Shown piece after piece: positions 9,892 to 19,886 of a stretch of DNA of 64,000 nucleotides. The DNA is from a virus. Each line of letters starts with the position of its first letter. Within the stretch, counting starts at the first letter, position 1. The notes beneath the pieces are model-generated. The model ran no database searches. It was not told the origin of the DNA and was given only the letters and a program-made list of their open reading frames with translations. The DNA lies in IMG/VR virus record IMGVR_UViG_3300045988_118025, positions 3,783 to 67,782 of that record, one strand, 5' to 3'. The position numbers and the translations under genes are program-made.

Positions 9892-10788
9892 ATGGAAACT
9901 GCAAACAAATTGTTTTATTCAGGTACAAAATTCTTTACAGAAAATGAAGAAGATTATAGAATAACAGTTAGAATCTCTTTGGATGATGACTGCAAAAATA
10001 ACATATGCGACTGGAGCATAACAGCCGACGTTGACTGGAAAAACAAGCATGGAAAATACGAGGATTACTTAGGAGGCTGCTGCCACGATGAAGTTGCAAA
10101 ACATTTTCCGGAATTGGCGAAATTCATATCGTTGCATCTTTGTAACCATTATGGTGCTCCTATGTATCCGGTGGAAAATGGCATATATTACGTTAGAAGA
10201 AGTGGTATGTCTGTGGCAATGGAGTATTTGCGTATATCAGAACAAGAATGCGTAGAATTATATAAAGCCTCTGAGGATAAGATGTATTTCAAGTATCTGC
10301 TTTTCAATCTGGGGATTGTGGATAGATGGAAACGTGAATCAGACGAGCTTCTTGTTGAACTTGAAGACCTGTGTGGCAAGAAATGGGTAAATCCGTATAC
10401 GCCGGAAAAGGAAAGGCTTACTTTGACATTAACGGACGAGGAACGATCTCTTATTGAAGATCGCGTTAAAGCCGGGTATTATTCCGCAGAAAATATCGAA
10501 AAACGTAGGGAAGAGGATCATAAGGCAGAGATGTTGAAAAAGCGTGCTGAAATTTGTGAGCGATACGATAAGAGAATCAGACAAGCAGAAGCAGAAAAGA
10601 AGATAATGCTCTGTGTGTTTGATTATGGGTTGTCTATTGATAATGCTATATATTACCCTCACTTAAATACTTTATCTTTCAACTGGAACAGTTATGGAAA
10701 AAAAATCACACAGGAAGAGTTTGATGATTTTGTGAACAAGGTGGACCGCTCTCAGTTGCCGGAAGGTATCAAGTTTGAGCTTAAATAA
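9892..10788 (+). CDS. hypothetical protein
   Basis: 298-aa ORF. Confidence 0.5.
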   Translation: METANKLFYSGTKFFTENEEDYRITVRISLDDDCKNNICDWSITADVDWKNKHGKYEDYLGGCCHDEVAKHFPELAKFISLHLCNHYGAPMYPVENGIYYVRRSGMSVAMEYLRISEQECVELYKASEDKMYFKYLLFNLGIVDRWKRESDELLVELEDLCGKKWVNPYTPEKERLTLTLTDEERSLIEDRVKAGYYSAENIEKRREEDHKAEMLKKRAEICERYDKRIRQAEAEKKIMLCVFDYGLSIDNAIYYPHLNTLSFNWNSYGKKITQEEFDDFVNKVDRSQLPEGIKFELK

Positions 10789-11089
10789 AATACAGGATAT
10801 GGAAAGATTGAATTTCGAAACACTGTTTCGTGTCGTAAGATGGGATTACAACCGCTGCTTTAAGGATGAGTCGTTGGACAAAGATTTGTTCATGGAAAAA
10901 TACGGGAAAGTTATGGGGGAACATTATTACAACAAGTTTGTCCATGAGTTTAACGGGAATATCCTGAAGATGATTGGTTACTTCAGAGGTTCCGAAAAAG
11001 AAGGGCAAGTGTTCTGCGATATGATAACCGAATGTATTGAAAAATATGAACAAAGAGGATTATATAGTAGAGGTAAGTTAAACAATTAA
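10775..11089 (+). CDS. hypothetical protein
   Basis: 104-aa ORF. Confidence 0.4.
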   Translation: MSLNKIQDMERLNFETLFRVVRWDYNRCFKDESLDKDLFMEKYGKVMGEHYYNKFVHEFNGNILKMIGYFRGSEKEGQVFCDMITECIEKYEQRGLYSRGKLNN

Positions 11090-11101
11090 AAAGATACTTA
11101 T

Positions 11102-12166
11102 ATGAACAATTTAATGGTCGCTCACTTGTGGGCAAACGAAAAGCAAGAATCGGCAAATGGTAGTAACTTCTATTTTGAAGGAGAAAGTATTTACTCCTAT
11201 GGAAGACATTTTGAGGTCGGAAGAATCGTGCGAAACAAGCGTGGAGAAAAGGCGTATTTGATTAATGATACATATTATTCTTCTACTACAAGCAAGCATC
11301 AATATTATGTTCGTGAAGCAATACCAACTGGCTCAAAGGTATTCTATGTTGAATGTAATATATCATATTGTATCGGCAACATGCTCTTTGTTACCAATAT
11401 GTTGGAATCCATTAAAGATGCTATTGAAAAATACAAAAAAGCAAGAGCCGAATTGTCCTATCGAGATATTTGGGGAACGTTTAAAAATCTGATGGATTAT
11501 ATTGAGTTTTTCGATATGGGGACTCCCAAGAGTCTTCTTAAAAAGAGCGCAAACGAATGGATTGGAATTAATCATGAATTATCATATAAATCAGATAAGA
11601 TTAAACGTGAACATGCCCGTGAATTGAAACGTATTTTCCAGATATTGTTGAATCATCAAGCACTGGAAGTCCTTGGAACCGTTAATGTGATTGTAGATGA
11701 AGTTTGTGGTGAAGGAACTTGGTTGAAATATTGGGAAAGAGTTGAAAGACTTAGAGTAAATATAGAAACAAAACAGGAAAAAAAGCGTAGGGCAAGGGAA
11801 GAAGAATTAGACAAATTTCGTAAGGATTTTTATGAAAGATTAGAAAAATGGAAGTCAGGAGAACTTAATTTCTTGCATTCATATTATTTTATTGATATTG
11901 CTGACGTAAATGCTTGGATGCGTATAAAAGAAGGAATTATTGAAACAAGCAAACAAATAAGAATTGGGATAGAAGAAGCCAGAAGGATGTGGCAGGTGGT
12001 GTCGCTGTTGCACCAGGGAGGCCAGTTCCGGCATGGCCTGGTAGAGGATGTGAATGGCAATAAGTGGAGCATAAACCGGTATGAAAACGATATACTGACA
12101 GCCGGGTGTCATCGTATTGCGTATAGCGAAATGGAAAGTATTGCAAAACAACTGGGATGGGTGTAA
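11102..12166 (+). CDS. hypothetical protein
   Basis: 354-aa ORF. Confidence 0.5.
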   Translation: MNNLMVAHLWANEKQESANGSNFYFEGESIYSYGRHFEVGRIVRNKRGEKAYLINDTYYSSTTSKHQYYVREAIPTGSKVFYVECNISYCIGNMLFVTNMLESIKDAIEKYKKARAELSYRDIWGTFKNLMDYIEFFDMGTPKSLLKKSANEWIGINHELSYKSDKIKREHARELKRIFQILLNHQALEVLGTVNVIVDEVCGEGTWLKYWERVERLRVNIETKQEKKRRAREEELDKFRKDFYERLEKWKSGELNFLHSYYFIDIADVNAWMRIKEGIIETSKQIRIGIEEARRMWQVVSLLHQGGQFRHGLVEDVNGNKWSINRYENDILTAGCHRIAYSEMESIAKQLGWV

Positions 12167-12206
12167 GTAGCTCATCCTGTTTTATAACAATTAAAAACGA
12201 AAAGAT

Positions 12207-12947
12207 ATGAAAAATTCAATTATTGTTCCGTTTGATTTAAATACGGCGAGAAAAATTAAAAGCGGAGAAATAGAAGGTTCAGTATTAATTGGTAATATTG
12301 AAATAGAATTTGTATATGAGTCGAAAGACTGTGCAGGTCCTTATAATTTACTTTTTGTAAGAAAAGATGAATATGGAATAAGCGCTATATATGCTAACAC
12401 AGAAGGTTGTGCTCTTGACGATACCACTCTGGAATTGAGGGTAGAGGCTGGAGCGTATTTTAAGGAAGGAGATATATTAACAAGCACTAAAGGATGTCAA
12501 TTCATATATGATGGACTTATTACCGAAGGGGCAATGGGAAGTATATGCGGAATGACAACATATGGAGATCTTGAGTTTGATCGTTGCACATTATGGACTG
12601 ATGTGTATGACAGAGATAAAAATCGGAATGTAAGAAAGGCTATAGAAGAAGAGAAGAAATTTTTAGCAGAAAAGATTATAAAAGCCGAAGACAGTAGAAA
12701 AATAAATATAATAAAAAGATATTTAAGTGAATATGAGCATCTATTAGATGAGATGCCGAAACACGACTTCAAACCATTTGAACGAGTGCTGGTGAGAAGA
12801 ACTAACCAAGAGAGGTGGAAATTGCATTTATTCTCCAGAGGATCAGGAACATATGACGAATATGAATGTTTGGGAGGCGTAACATTTAGTCAGTGTATCC
12901 CATACGAAGGGAACGAACATCTTTTAGGAACTAACAAACATTTTTAG
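12207..12947 (+). CDS. hypothetical protein, paralog A of a duplicated gene pair
   Basis: 246 aa. N-terminus (IVPFDLNTARKIKSGEIEG) and C-terminus (HDFKPFERVLVRR...EGNEHLLGT) are clearly homologous to the 13297.. gene. Confidence 0.5.
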   Translation: MKNSIIVPFDLNTARKIKSGEIEGSVLIGNIEIEFVYESKDCAGPYNLLFVRKDEYGISAIYANTEGCALDDTTLELRVEAGAYFKEGDILTSTKGCQFIYDGLITEGAMGSICGMTTYGDLEFDRCTLWTDVYDRDKNRNVRKAIEEEKKFLAEKIIKAEDSRKINIIKRYLSEYEHLLDEMPKHDFKPFERVLVRRTNQERWKLHLFSRGSGTYDEYECLGGVTFSQCIPYEGNEHLLGTNKHF

Positions 12948-13296
12948 GAACTAAGGCGATTATACACCATTTTATATCAAAGATGAAAAATGATATACAT
13001 TTGTACGAAGCATCATACTGGGTATCACCAATACCCTCTACCGGTTGCTCAAAAGTGAGATCACCGGATTCTTTTACCGAACAAAACGTTTTTGATTTTA
13101 CCCATCTTACGTTTTCAAGATGGAACCTTATATCAAAGACCTCTTTTACTCAACCGTCTTGTCCGAAACAAGGGACTTAGTGATTCGATTGAGTGAAACA
13201 AAGTTAGAAAAGAAGAATATGAGATTAATTATCATCCGTATGTTTTACAACATAGATGTCGTAAAATAGTATATAATTACTAAAACAAATAAGATT

Positions 13297-14035
13297 ATGG
13301 AACATAAAATGGTGACAATACCGTTTGATTTAGAAACGGCGAAGAGAATAAGAGAAGGGGAAATAGCAGGTCGTATTGTGACAGAGAAAGGACAAAATAG
13401 AGCAGAAATCGTATATGAAGACAATTCGTCAAATTGTCCGTTATTGGTTGTAATTCATTCGATTTCTGTATCGGCAGACTGGTTTTCTGCTACAGGAAAA
13501 GCACTTAGCAGCGCAAATCGACTCCTTCTTGAAGTTCCAGAATATACTACGTTTAAAGATGGAGAGGTGTTAAGTAATAAAGATGGTAGCTATATCTTTA
13601 TTTTAAATACACATGGGAAATATTTAACGTCTTTTTATGCCTCTTTAAATCAAAAAGGTATTCTTAAAATAGAAGATGGTTTATCTGCTTGGGAAAATCA
13701 GATAGAAAAATACAGATTTGCCACTGAATCCGAAAGACAAAAGTTGGTTGACGCATTAAAGGCAAGCAAAGAACCTGAAGCTAAAGAGTATCTGAAACGC
13801 TTCTTCGGGATTGAAGAAAAGCTGAAATATGATTTTAAGCCGTTTGACAAAGTGTTGGTAAGAAAAGAAGGAAATAAAAAAATGGAATATCAGTTTGTTT
13901 GCAAGGGAAATTGTGGACGATTATAATGGATTGCCTTATAAGTACGAATGTTCCAATGGAACATTATGGGATTATTGTATTCATTTTGAGGGTAATGAAT
14001 GTCTTTTAGGAACTACTGAAAATCCAGAAAAATGA
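13297..14035 (+). CDS. hypothetical protein, paralog B (needs +1 frameshift at A7 run 13876-13882)
   Basis: Frame-A ORF 13297..13926 ends ...KGNCGRL. The +1 frame continues ...WNISLFAREIVDDYNGLPYKYECSNGTLWDYCIHFEGNECLLGTTENPEK to the stop at 14033-14035, and matches paralog A's C-terminus. Confidence 0.45.
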
Positions 14036-14505
14036 AAATGGTAAAATTATCTGATTTTTATCCTTATGACAGAAACAAAGGAGGAATACAGGAATTGCAT
14101 CATAAAATTGAGTCCAAAACACTTCAGTATTGGGGTGAAGATAGTGGTATTCTGATCGGCATCACTCCGATATATAAGAGACGTTTGTGGAGCGAAGAAG
14201 TGAAAGTTGTAAATGATAAAATGACAAATATGAAAACAAGAACATACGAAGGGGTGCAGCACGGAGACTGGGTAAGATGTGTCTTATGTGGGGCGCAAAT
14301 GCTTCTTCCGTGTGGGGCAGATAAATGCCCGGAATGTGGAGAAAATGGCACTTTAAGGTGGGTCGACGAAGAGAAGCAGGAGATGGATGCTAAAGATTTG
14401 GATTGCTTAGGTTATGTAAGAGAGTTGAGGATAGATGATTATTTATCTCCAACAACATTAGAAGAGATCGCGGAAGAAATAAAGAAAAAAGTAAATAGAG
14501 GATAA
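14032..14505 (+). CDS. zinc-ribbon protein
   Basis: CVLCGAQ...CGADKCPECG; ATGA overlap with upstream gene. Confidence 0.5.
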   Translation: MKMVKLSDFYPYDRNKGGIQELHHKIESKTLQYWGEDSGILIGITPIYKRRLWSEEVKVVNDKMTNMKTRTYEGVQHGDWVRCVLCGAQMLLPCGADKCPECGENGTLRWVDEEKQEMDAKDLDCLGYVRELRIDDYLSPTTLEEIAEEIKKKVNRG

Positions 14506-14630
14506 CTCTAATGAGAAAATTATTAAAGATAAAATTTATTCAAAAATGTGCATGCGGGGCGATCACTATCAGATTTGATAATGACCGCTGAATTAAGTAA
14601 CATAGCTAAAAATTGTAAAATATAGAAAAT

Positions 14631-14885
14631 ATGTATGAGAATATTTTAAGCAACATGTTAGGATGTCAGACATATTGTATATCAGACAGTCCTTCAAATA
14701 GGTACTGTTTTATTGGACCTATTGAGTGCAATGAGAAGTTAATAGAAGTGTTTAAGAAGGGGATAACAGTAAAACTCAAATACGTGGAAAAACGGGTCCT
14801 GGATACATTTACGGACAACGGAATCGACCTGAGTAATTACACTCATTGTATTATCGTAAAGCGGAATTTTTATCTCGCTTGGTAA
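14631..14885 (+). CDS. hypothetical protein
   Basis: 84-aa ORF. Confidence 0.35.
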   Translation: MYENILSNMLGCQTYCISDSPSNRYCFIGPIECNEKLIEVFKKGITVKLKYVEKRVLDTFTDNGIDLSNYTHCIIVKRNFYLAW

Positions 14886-14903
14886 TAGTAAAATACAAAC
14901 AAT

Positions 14904-15566
14904 ATGAACAATTTTGTAATAGATACTCCAGATAATTTCTGGCAAATAAGATGGCTTGACAAGTATATGGAAGGTCACAAGGGGTTCATAGCTGGTGGAT
15001 GTTTTAAGAATATCCTTTCCGGAGAAAGAGTAAAAGACATTGATATTTTCTTTGAAAGCGAAAGCGATTTTCAGGAGGCTGTTGATTTGTTCAATGATGA
15101 AAAACATCAGAAAGAAGGATGGAAATTTAAATATAGAAATAAGAAGGTATGCGCATTCCAGAAAGAGGGAGAAAAGGTATGGGTAGAGTTCATAGAGTCA
15201 GAGTTTGGAAAGCCGAAAGAGATTCTTAGGAGCTTCGATTTTACTGTGGCAAAAATGGCTTACTATAAGGAGCCTAAATACGAAGAAAAGGAAGATGATT
15301 ATTTTCCATTCTCATCCGCAAGCATAGTAGCATACGAATATAAGCTACTCTATCATGAGAAATTCTTCGAACATCTTCATATGAAGAGGCTGGTAATTGA
15401 CGAAAATATTCCTTTTCCGGTAAGCACATGGGAGCGCTCATATCGGTATAAAGGATATGGTTACAATATGTGCCGGGAGACAAAGAAAAAACTTCTACAG
15501 GCTCTTAAAGGTGTAAATGTAGAGGAGGAAGATGTATCTTTGTACACTACTGGAGGATGGGATTAA
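14904..15566 (+). CDS. Pol-beta superfamily nucleotidyltransferase with CCA-adding/poly(A)-polymerase-like head motif
   Basis: IAGGCFKNILSGERVKDIDIFFESE matches the GG-x-[VF]-[RK]-[DN]-x-L-x-G-x4-D-I-D signature of the class II tRNA nucleotidyltransferase head domain. The protein is only 220 aa, so it lacks the full body/tail. Confidence 0.5.
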   Translation: MNNFVIDTPDNFWQIRWLDKYMEGHKGFIAGGCFKNILSGERVKDIDIFFESESDFQEAVDLFNDEKHQKEGWKFKYRNKKVCAFQKEGEKVWVEFIESEFGKPKEILRSFDFTVAKMAYYKEPKYEEKEDDYFPFSSASIVAYEYKLLYHEKFFEHLHMKRLVIDENIPFPVSTWERSYRYKGYGYNMCRETKKKLLQALKGVNVEEEDVSLYTTGGWD

Positions 15567-16024
15567 CCTATAAAACAAAATTGCTTATGAAAACATTAGA
15601 ACAACTTAAAGAATTAACATCAAAATGTTTAGACGGTAGAGATTTTAATAGACTGGCTAAATTTGTTCCATATAGCATGATAAAGGATTTCGGTATGGAG
15701 CCGAATGAAGAATATGACAACGAGGAAAAGTGGAACAGTACTGTAGTTGAATTTACCAGAGAAAATGTCCTGAAACAGCTTGAAGAAGACGTGAGATTCG
15801 GTTTTGAAAAGGCATTAAATCAGAGAGGAATATCAGCCAGTTTAATGTTTGAATGTGTAATGATGTGGAACTACATCCTGGAAGAAGGTCTTGAAGACTG
15901 GGATGAGGATGATTATAGATTTTACGGGCTACCTCTATTTAAAGCTACGGCTGTAAAATACGGATGGGATAATCCTATAGGGGAAGACAGCGGGAGAGAA
16001 AGAAAATATGATTCACAGTATTAA
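15557..16024 (+). CDS. hypothetical protein
   Basis: 155-aa ORF overlapping the upstream stop. Confidence 0.45.
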   Translation: MGLTYKTKLLMKTLEQLKELTSKCLDGRDFNRLAKFVPYSMIKDFGMEPNEEYDNEEKWNSTVVEFTRENVLKQLEEDVRFGFEKALNQRGISASLMFECVMMWNYILEEGLEDWDEDDYRFYGLPLFKATAVKYGWDNPIGEDSGRERKYDSQY

Positions 16025-16035
16025 ATGGGCATATC

Positions 16036-16890
16036 ATGAGCACAAGTAAAGAATACAAGGCAGTAAGGAACTGTATATTAAATGAACTTCACCTTACCAA
16101 AGAAGATATAATCAAAAACATAGAGCCGTTATTGGAGAAACACGTAAAACGGTACATGGTTAATACATATGGAGGTGACAACCAGATAGAAAACTGGATC
16201 AGATGCATGGTGAATGATGAACTCAAACGAAGAGATCATGATTTTGTAAGAAAAACGTGCGAGAGCGTCATCAGGGATCATGTATTAAATGAGTTGAATA
16301 TAATCGTAAGATCCAAAAGTGAGAAATGTACATGTGAAAACAGAGTACCATCCGAAGAGGATAAGAAAGAGTCAACTGACGGACTGTATATAATCTACAA
16401 AGACGGACATGTAGAGCCGTTTACCGGCAATAACTCCAAAGATTGTGTACGATACATTGGGTTGAAGCACAGATACATGTCATTTGCAATCTCACTGACG
16501 GAGCATGATATCATACAATTGCTTGACGATGATAGCCGTGAAGAATCCGGAAGTGAGACATATTACGAATGTGAATGTGATGCGCTGTTTGACATTAATG
16601 GACGCGGCAATACGGAACGCCTTGTAGTCAGAAATCCAAAATTGAGAAATCTGCTGGAAGATGGCGAGTATATACCATCTCTTGGTCAATTAAATTTAAT
16701 GGCCCATTATATGGACGAACTAAACAAAGCATTCGCTTATGTTTCGGCATCTCCCCTCTCCTCGGCGTGGTATTGGTCCAGTACCGAGTACAGCCAGGGC
16801 AGCGCATGGTTTGTGAGCTTCTCCAATGGCATCACGAGCTACAACTACAAGTACAATAGTGGCAGGGTTCGGACGGTAATTGATTTTTAA
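16036..16890 (+). CDS. protein with C-terminal DUF1566 (Lcl C-terminal-like) domain
   Basis: C-terminus SAWYWSSTEYSQGSAWFVSFSNGITSYNYKYNSGRVRTV matches the WWSSTE...AW.V.F.NG...K....VR.V pattern common in Bacteroidota. Confidence 0.5.
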   Translation: MSTSKEYKAVRNCILNELHLTKEDIIKNIEPLLEKHVKRYMVNTYGGDNQIENWIRCMVNDELKRRDHDFVRKTCESVIRDHVLNELNIIVRSKSEKCTCENRVPSEEDKKESTDGLYIIYKDGHVEPFTGNNSKDCVRYIGLKHRYMSFAISLTEHDIIQLLDDDSREESGSETYYECECDALFDINGRGNTERLVVRNPKLRNLLEDGEYIPSLGQLNLMAHYMDELNKAFAYVSASPLSSAWYWSSTEYSQGSAWFVSFSNGITSYNYKYNSGRVRTVIDF

Positions 16891-16902
16891 AAAGGATTAC
16901 AT

Positions 16903-17700
16903 ATGATAACATTAGTAAAAATAAAAGACAACACAAAAACTCCTTTTGAATATGCTTCTGACATAGAAGCGTTTGAAAATGGCAGAGAATTTATTTTCAA
17001 GCCAGGAGTGAATGTGATTATAGGGAAAAACGGTAGTGGAAAATCAACTTTGCTTAACATCATATCAATGTATGCGTTGTGCGAGAAATCCATGTGCTCT
17101 GAAATGCCGGCTGAGGCGCTGGATTTTCCACCTATATTTGATGATGATGACAAGGTTCTTGATGGGATTGATATATCATCCGATTATATAGGGAAAGTAT
17201 TCCGTTTATTGCCGTCAACGGAGACAAATCGAGATAGTGTATTAAAAAACATCAGCAATTTCGATTTGTATGCGAATAGTATTCAAAAATCTTATGGGGA
17301 AAAAGTGGTGTTATCATTGGAATCACTTTTCAATTTAATGTTCAGCCAAAAGGATTATGCGTTTCCAATGCAAGATCTTGCAGAATACAAGAAAAAATCA
17401 AATGCATTTTGGATTAAAAGAATTGACAACCTGTTGAAGTATTATAGAAGGAACTGCATAACATTAACAGAAAGCAGTTTTGAGTACACGGTTCTCATGG
17501 ATGAGCCAGACAGGAACCTTGACATTGACAACATAATGCAGATTCACAATGTATTGTCATTTCATAAACCACAAACACAAATTATAGCCATAATACACAA
17601 TCCGGCATTGATTTACAAATTAAGTAAATTAGATTGTGTGAATTTCATAGAGATGACAGAAGGGTATCTTAATAAAACTTGTACATTTGTGTCTAACTAA
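16903..17700 (+). CDS. small standalone ABC-type ATPase
   Basis: Walker A GKNGSGKSTLLN, candidate signature SYGEKVVL, Walker B/D-loop VLMDEPDRNLD, H-loop AIIHN; 265 aa with no transmembrane or coiled-coil insert. Confidence 0.65.
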   Translation: MITLVKIKDNTKTPFEYASDIEAFENGREFIFKPGVNVIIGKNGSGKSTLLNIISMYALCEKSMCSEMPAEALDFPPIFDDDDKVLDGIDISSDYIGKVFRLLPSTETNRDSVLKNISNFDLYANSIQKSYGEKVVLSLESLFNLMFSQKDYAFPMQDLAEYKKKSNAFWIKRIDNLLKYYRRNCITLTESSFEYTVLMDEPDRNLDIDNIMQIHNVLSFHKPQTQIIAIIHNPALIYKLSKLDCVNFIEMTEGYLNKTCTFVSN

Positions 17701-17711
17701 TTAAAGGTGAG

Positions 17712-18026
17712 ATGAACTGGAAGAAATTCAAAGAGGAAAAACCTTCAGAGGGAGAAGAAGTGTTGGCTTATCACCCAAGTTGGATAGATGAAGATTTCAA
17801 CCCAAGAGGTATAAGAATAGGGTTTTGGAATGGAGGAGACGATTTTAAATCGGCTCATTGGTGGGATTATCAAGATTGTTATATCACAATCTCTCATTGT
17901 GATTGTGATGATAATTCTCTTTTCAGTGATAGAATAAAAAACAGCATAGAGCCAGAGTTATGGATATCACTTGATGTTATTACAAATTACTTACCTGATA
18001 TAAAACAAAATCACTTATCACAATGA
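17712..18026 (+). CDS. hypothetical protein (DUF551-like N-terminus)
   Basis: MNWKKFKEEKPSEGEEVLAYH resembles the W-x-P-x-GEEVL start of phage DUF551 proteins. Confidence 0.35.
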   Translation: MNWKKFKEEKPSEGEEVLAYHPSWIDEDFNPRGIRIGFWNGGDDFKSAHWWDYQDCYITISHCDCDDNSLFSDRIKNSIEPELWISLDVITNYLPDIKQNHLSQ

Positions 18027-18406
18027 GCTATTTTATATTAATGGGAAGAAGAATCCCCAAGCAAGCCATAACAGGCTTCAAATTTCAAAATGAAACAGAT
18101 AACATTCGTCCTTTCTTGTCAATCAGGATAAGAGGGAAGGAGGAAATTATACCCTTTAAAGATAAAAGGGAAATACTGTCTGTAAAAGCGCATCTGTGTT
18201 CTGTCTTCTCCGAATTTGTAAAAATAGGCGACTGGTATCTCAAGATGTCGGAGGTTAAGGAATATAAGCCGGTGACTGCCGAAGACATGAACCCCTACAT
18301 CTTGTTTAAGACATCTAAATTCGGGAATATAAAAGTTCGTTTTCTGAAAGACGAAGATATGGATGCCGAATTATTGGTGTTAGATCAACTTTTTGATGTA
18401 GAATAA
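18023..18406 (+). CDS. hypothetical protein
   Basis: 127-aa ORF, 4-nt overlap with upstream gene. Confidence 0.45.
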   Translation: MSYFILMGRRIPKQAITGFKFQNETDNIRPFLSIRIRGKEEIIPFKDKREILSVKAHLCSVFSEFVKIGDWYLKMSEVKEYKPVTAEDMNPYILFKTSKFGNIKVRFLKDEDMDAELLVLDQLFDVE

Positions 18407-18430
18407 ACTATTAATCATCTTTTAAAAATC

Positions 18431-18682
18431 ATGACCTGGAAAGAATTGAAAGACAAAATATCTCTTATGACAGAAGAAGAGCAACGACAAGAAGTTGCAG
18501 TATGGGGAGAAAATATGAATCTAATGAAAGATTGTTCCTTGGAGAAAACAGACGAGGATATGTACTACAACTCTGAATGGGATTATACTTGTGAAGAGAG
18601 TGAATTGGAACCGGAAGACAAGAATGACCCTGATGTACATAAGGTATATGAAGCAGGAATGCATTATATTTATTCAAATTGA
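18431..18682 (+). CDS. hypothetical acidic protein
   Basis: 83-aa ORF. Confidence 0.4.
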   Translation: MTWKELKDKISLMTEEEQRQEVAVWGENMNLMKDCSLEKTDEDMYYNSEWDYTCEESELEPEDKNDPDVHKVYEAGMHYIYSN

Positions 18683-18700
18683 TTTTAAAAAGATCTGATT

Positions 18701-19447
18701 ATGGCAGTATTAACAACACTAAATATAACGGAAAAGAATGATAACAACAGTTTATCTGTAACTGTTAAAGTGAATATCACCAAAAAAGGAGTGGTTACCA
18801 CTACTTTATCAAAAGAAGATGTGGATAAGATTCGTTCTTATGGGATCAAATTACCTACAAACAGATTAGGTAACGAAGGATATTTCAATAGCACATCATT
18901 TTCTGATCTGGTGAGTCAAATCAGGAAAGTTCTGAAGAGATGTTTGAGTTATAAAATAGTAGAAGAAGTACCTGTTATTAAGTATCAGTTAGAAACTCTC
19001 TGTTCATTTGCCTATGACAAAAACGGAGACATTGTTCCTAACCCCTCTGTGGAATGGACAGGGAACTATGAGAATGGAGAATGGAGAGATGGAACTTCTC
19101 GTTTAGATGCTTTAAATGCCGAACCTTTCGGTTTTAGTATTTATGCAAAACCATTTCTAAAAAGAGTAATTAAATATGGAAATGGAGAGACAAAAGTAGA
19201 ATACGGCAGGTTAAATACAGAAAAAGGAACTTATGCGCACTGGCTGAATTGTGTAACGAGCATATCATACAATAGACATAAACAGGTAATGGAAGTGGAG
19301 TGTAATGAATGTACCTCGAAATTATTCGTTGATATGATCAAGTCCATTTGTAATATAAGCGAACAAGTTAAGAGTTTTATCAATCCAGAACAAATAAAAG
19401 CAATTGCGGAGTCAAATGAACCGATTTTGCTTTTATCTAACAACTAA
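18701..19447 (+). CDS. hypothetical protein
   Basis: 248-aa ORF. Confidence 0.5.
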   Translation: MAVLTTLNITEKNDNNSLSVTVKVNITKKGVVTTTLSKEDVDKIRSYGIKLPTNRLGNEGYFNSTSFSDLVSQIRKVLKRCLSYKIVEEVPVIKYQLETLCSFAYDKNGDIVPNPSVEWTGNYENGEWRDGTSRLDALNAEPFGFSIYAKPFLKRVIKYGNGETKVEYGRLNTEKGTYAHWLNCVTSISYNRHKQVMEVECNECTSKLFVDMIKSICNISEQVKSFINPEQIKAIAESNEPILLLSNN

Positions 19448-19454
19448 AAAAATC

Positions 19455-19595
19455 ATGAGGTATGTATGTGTTTTTATCTGCTTTCTGTTATGGCTTATTT
19501 TTACGTTGTTATTATCATTCACTGTCATAGGATTGGTTATAAGCGTGAGTAATAAATGGCAGGAAATGGGTGACAAAATAATAGATAAACTTTAA
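19455..19595 (+). CDS. small membrane protein
   Basis: MRYVCVFICFLLWLIFTLLLSFTVIGLVISV: one or two predicted TM helices; trimmed to the first ATG after the upstream gene. Confidence 0.35.
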   Translation: MRYVCVFICFLLWLIFTLLLSFTVIGLVISVSNKWQEMGDKIIDKL

Positions 19596-19601
19596 AAAGT
19601 T

Positions 19602-19823
19602 ATGAATGATTTATACTTCAACGATAAACGCTTTGTCGGCTACAGTAAGATTAGTGATGTATTTTTTCTGCTTCCGGCAATAATGTGGTACATGGAGCGA
19701 GAAAGAATTAAAGATGCAGACTCGCTCGTGATATGTGTGCATTGGCTCTGTTTTCAGTGCGGGTTATTTATTAGGTGTAAAAGAAAAATTAAAATAGGTT
19801 ATGAGAAAGATAATAGCAATTAG
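19602..19823 (+). CDS. hypothetical protein
   Basis: 73-aa ORF. Confidence 0.35.
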   Translation: MNDLYFNDKRFVGYSKISDVFFLLPAIMWYMERERIKDADSLVICVHWLCFQCGLFIRCKRKIKIGYEKDNSN

Positions 19824-19886
19824 TAGATGCCATTCCATAGGTGGGGGAATAATGAGAAAGTGTAGAATTAAAAAACATAAAAAGAT

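Noticed and set aside
12983-13180. 65-aa + strand ORF in the spacer between the paralogous genes
   Set aside because: It has no start context, is Ser/Pro/Thr-rich like a random translation, and falls in the duplicated-gene junction. It is more likely non-coding spacer.
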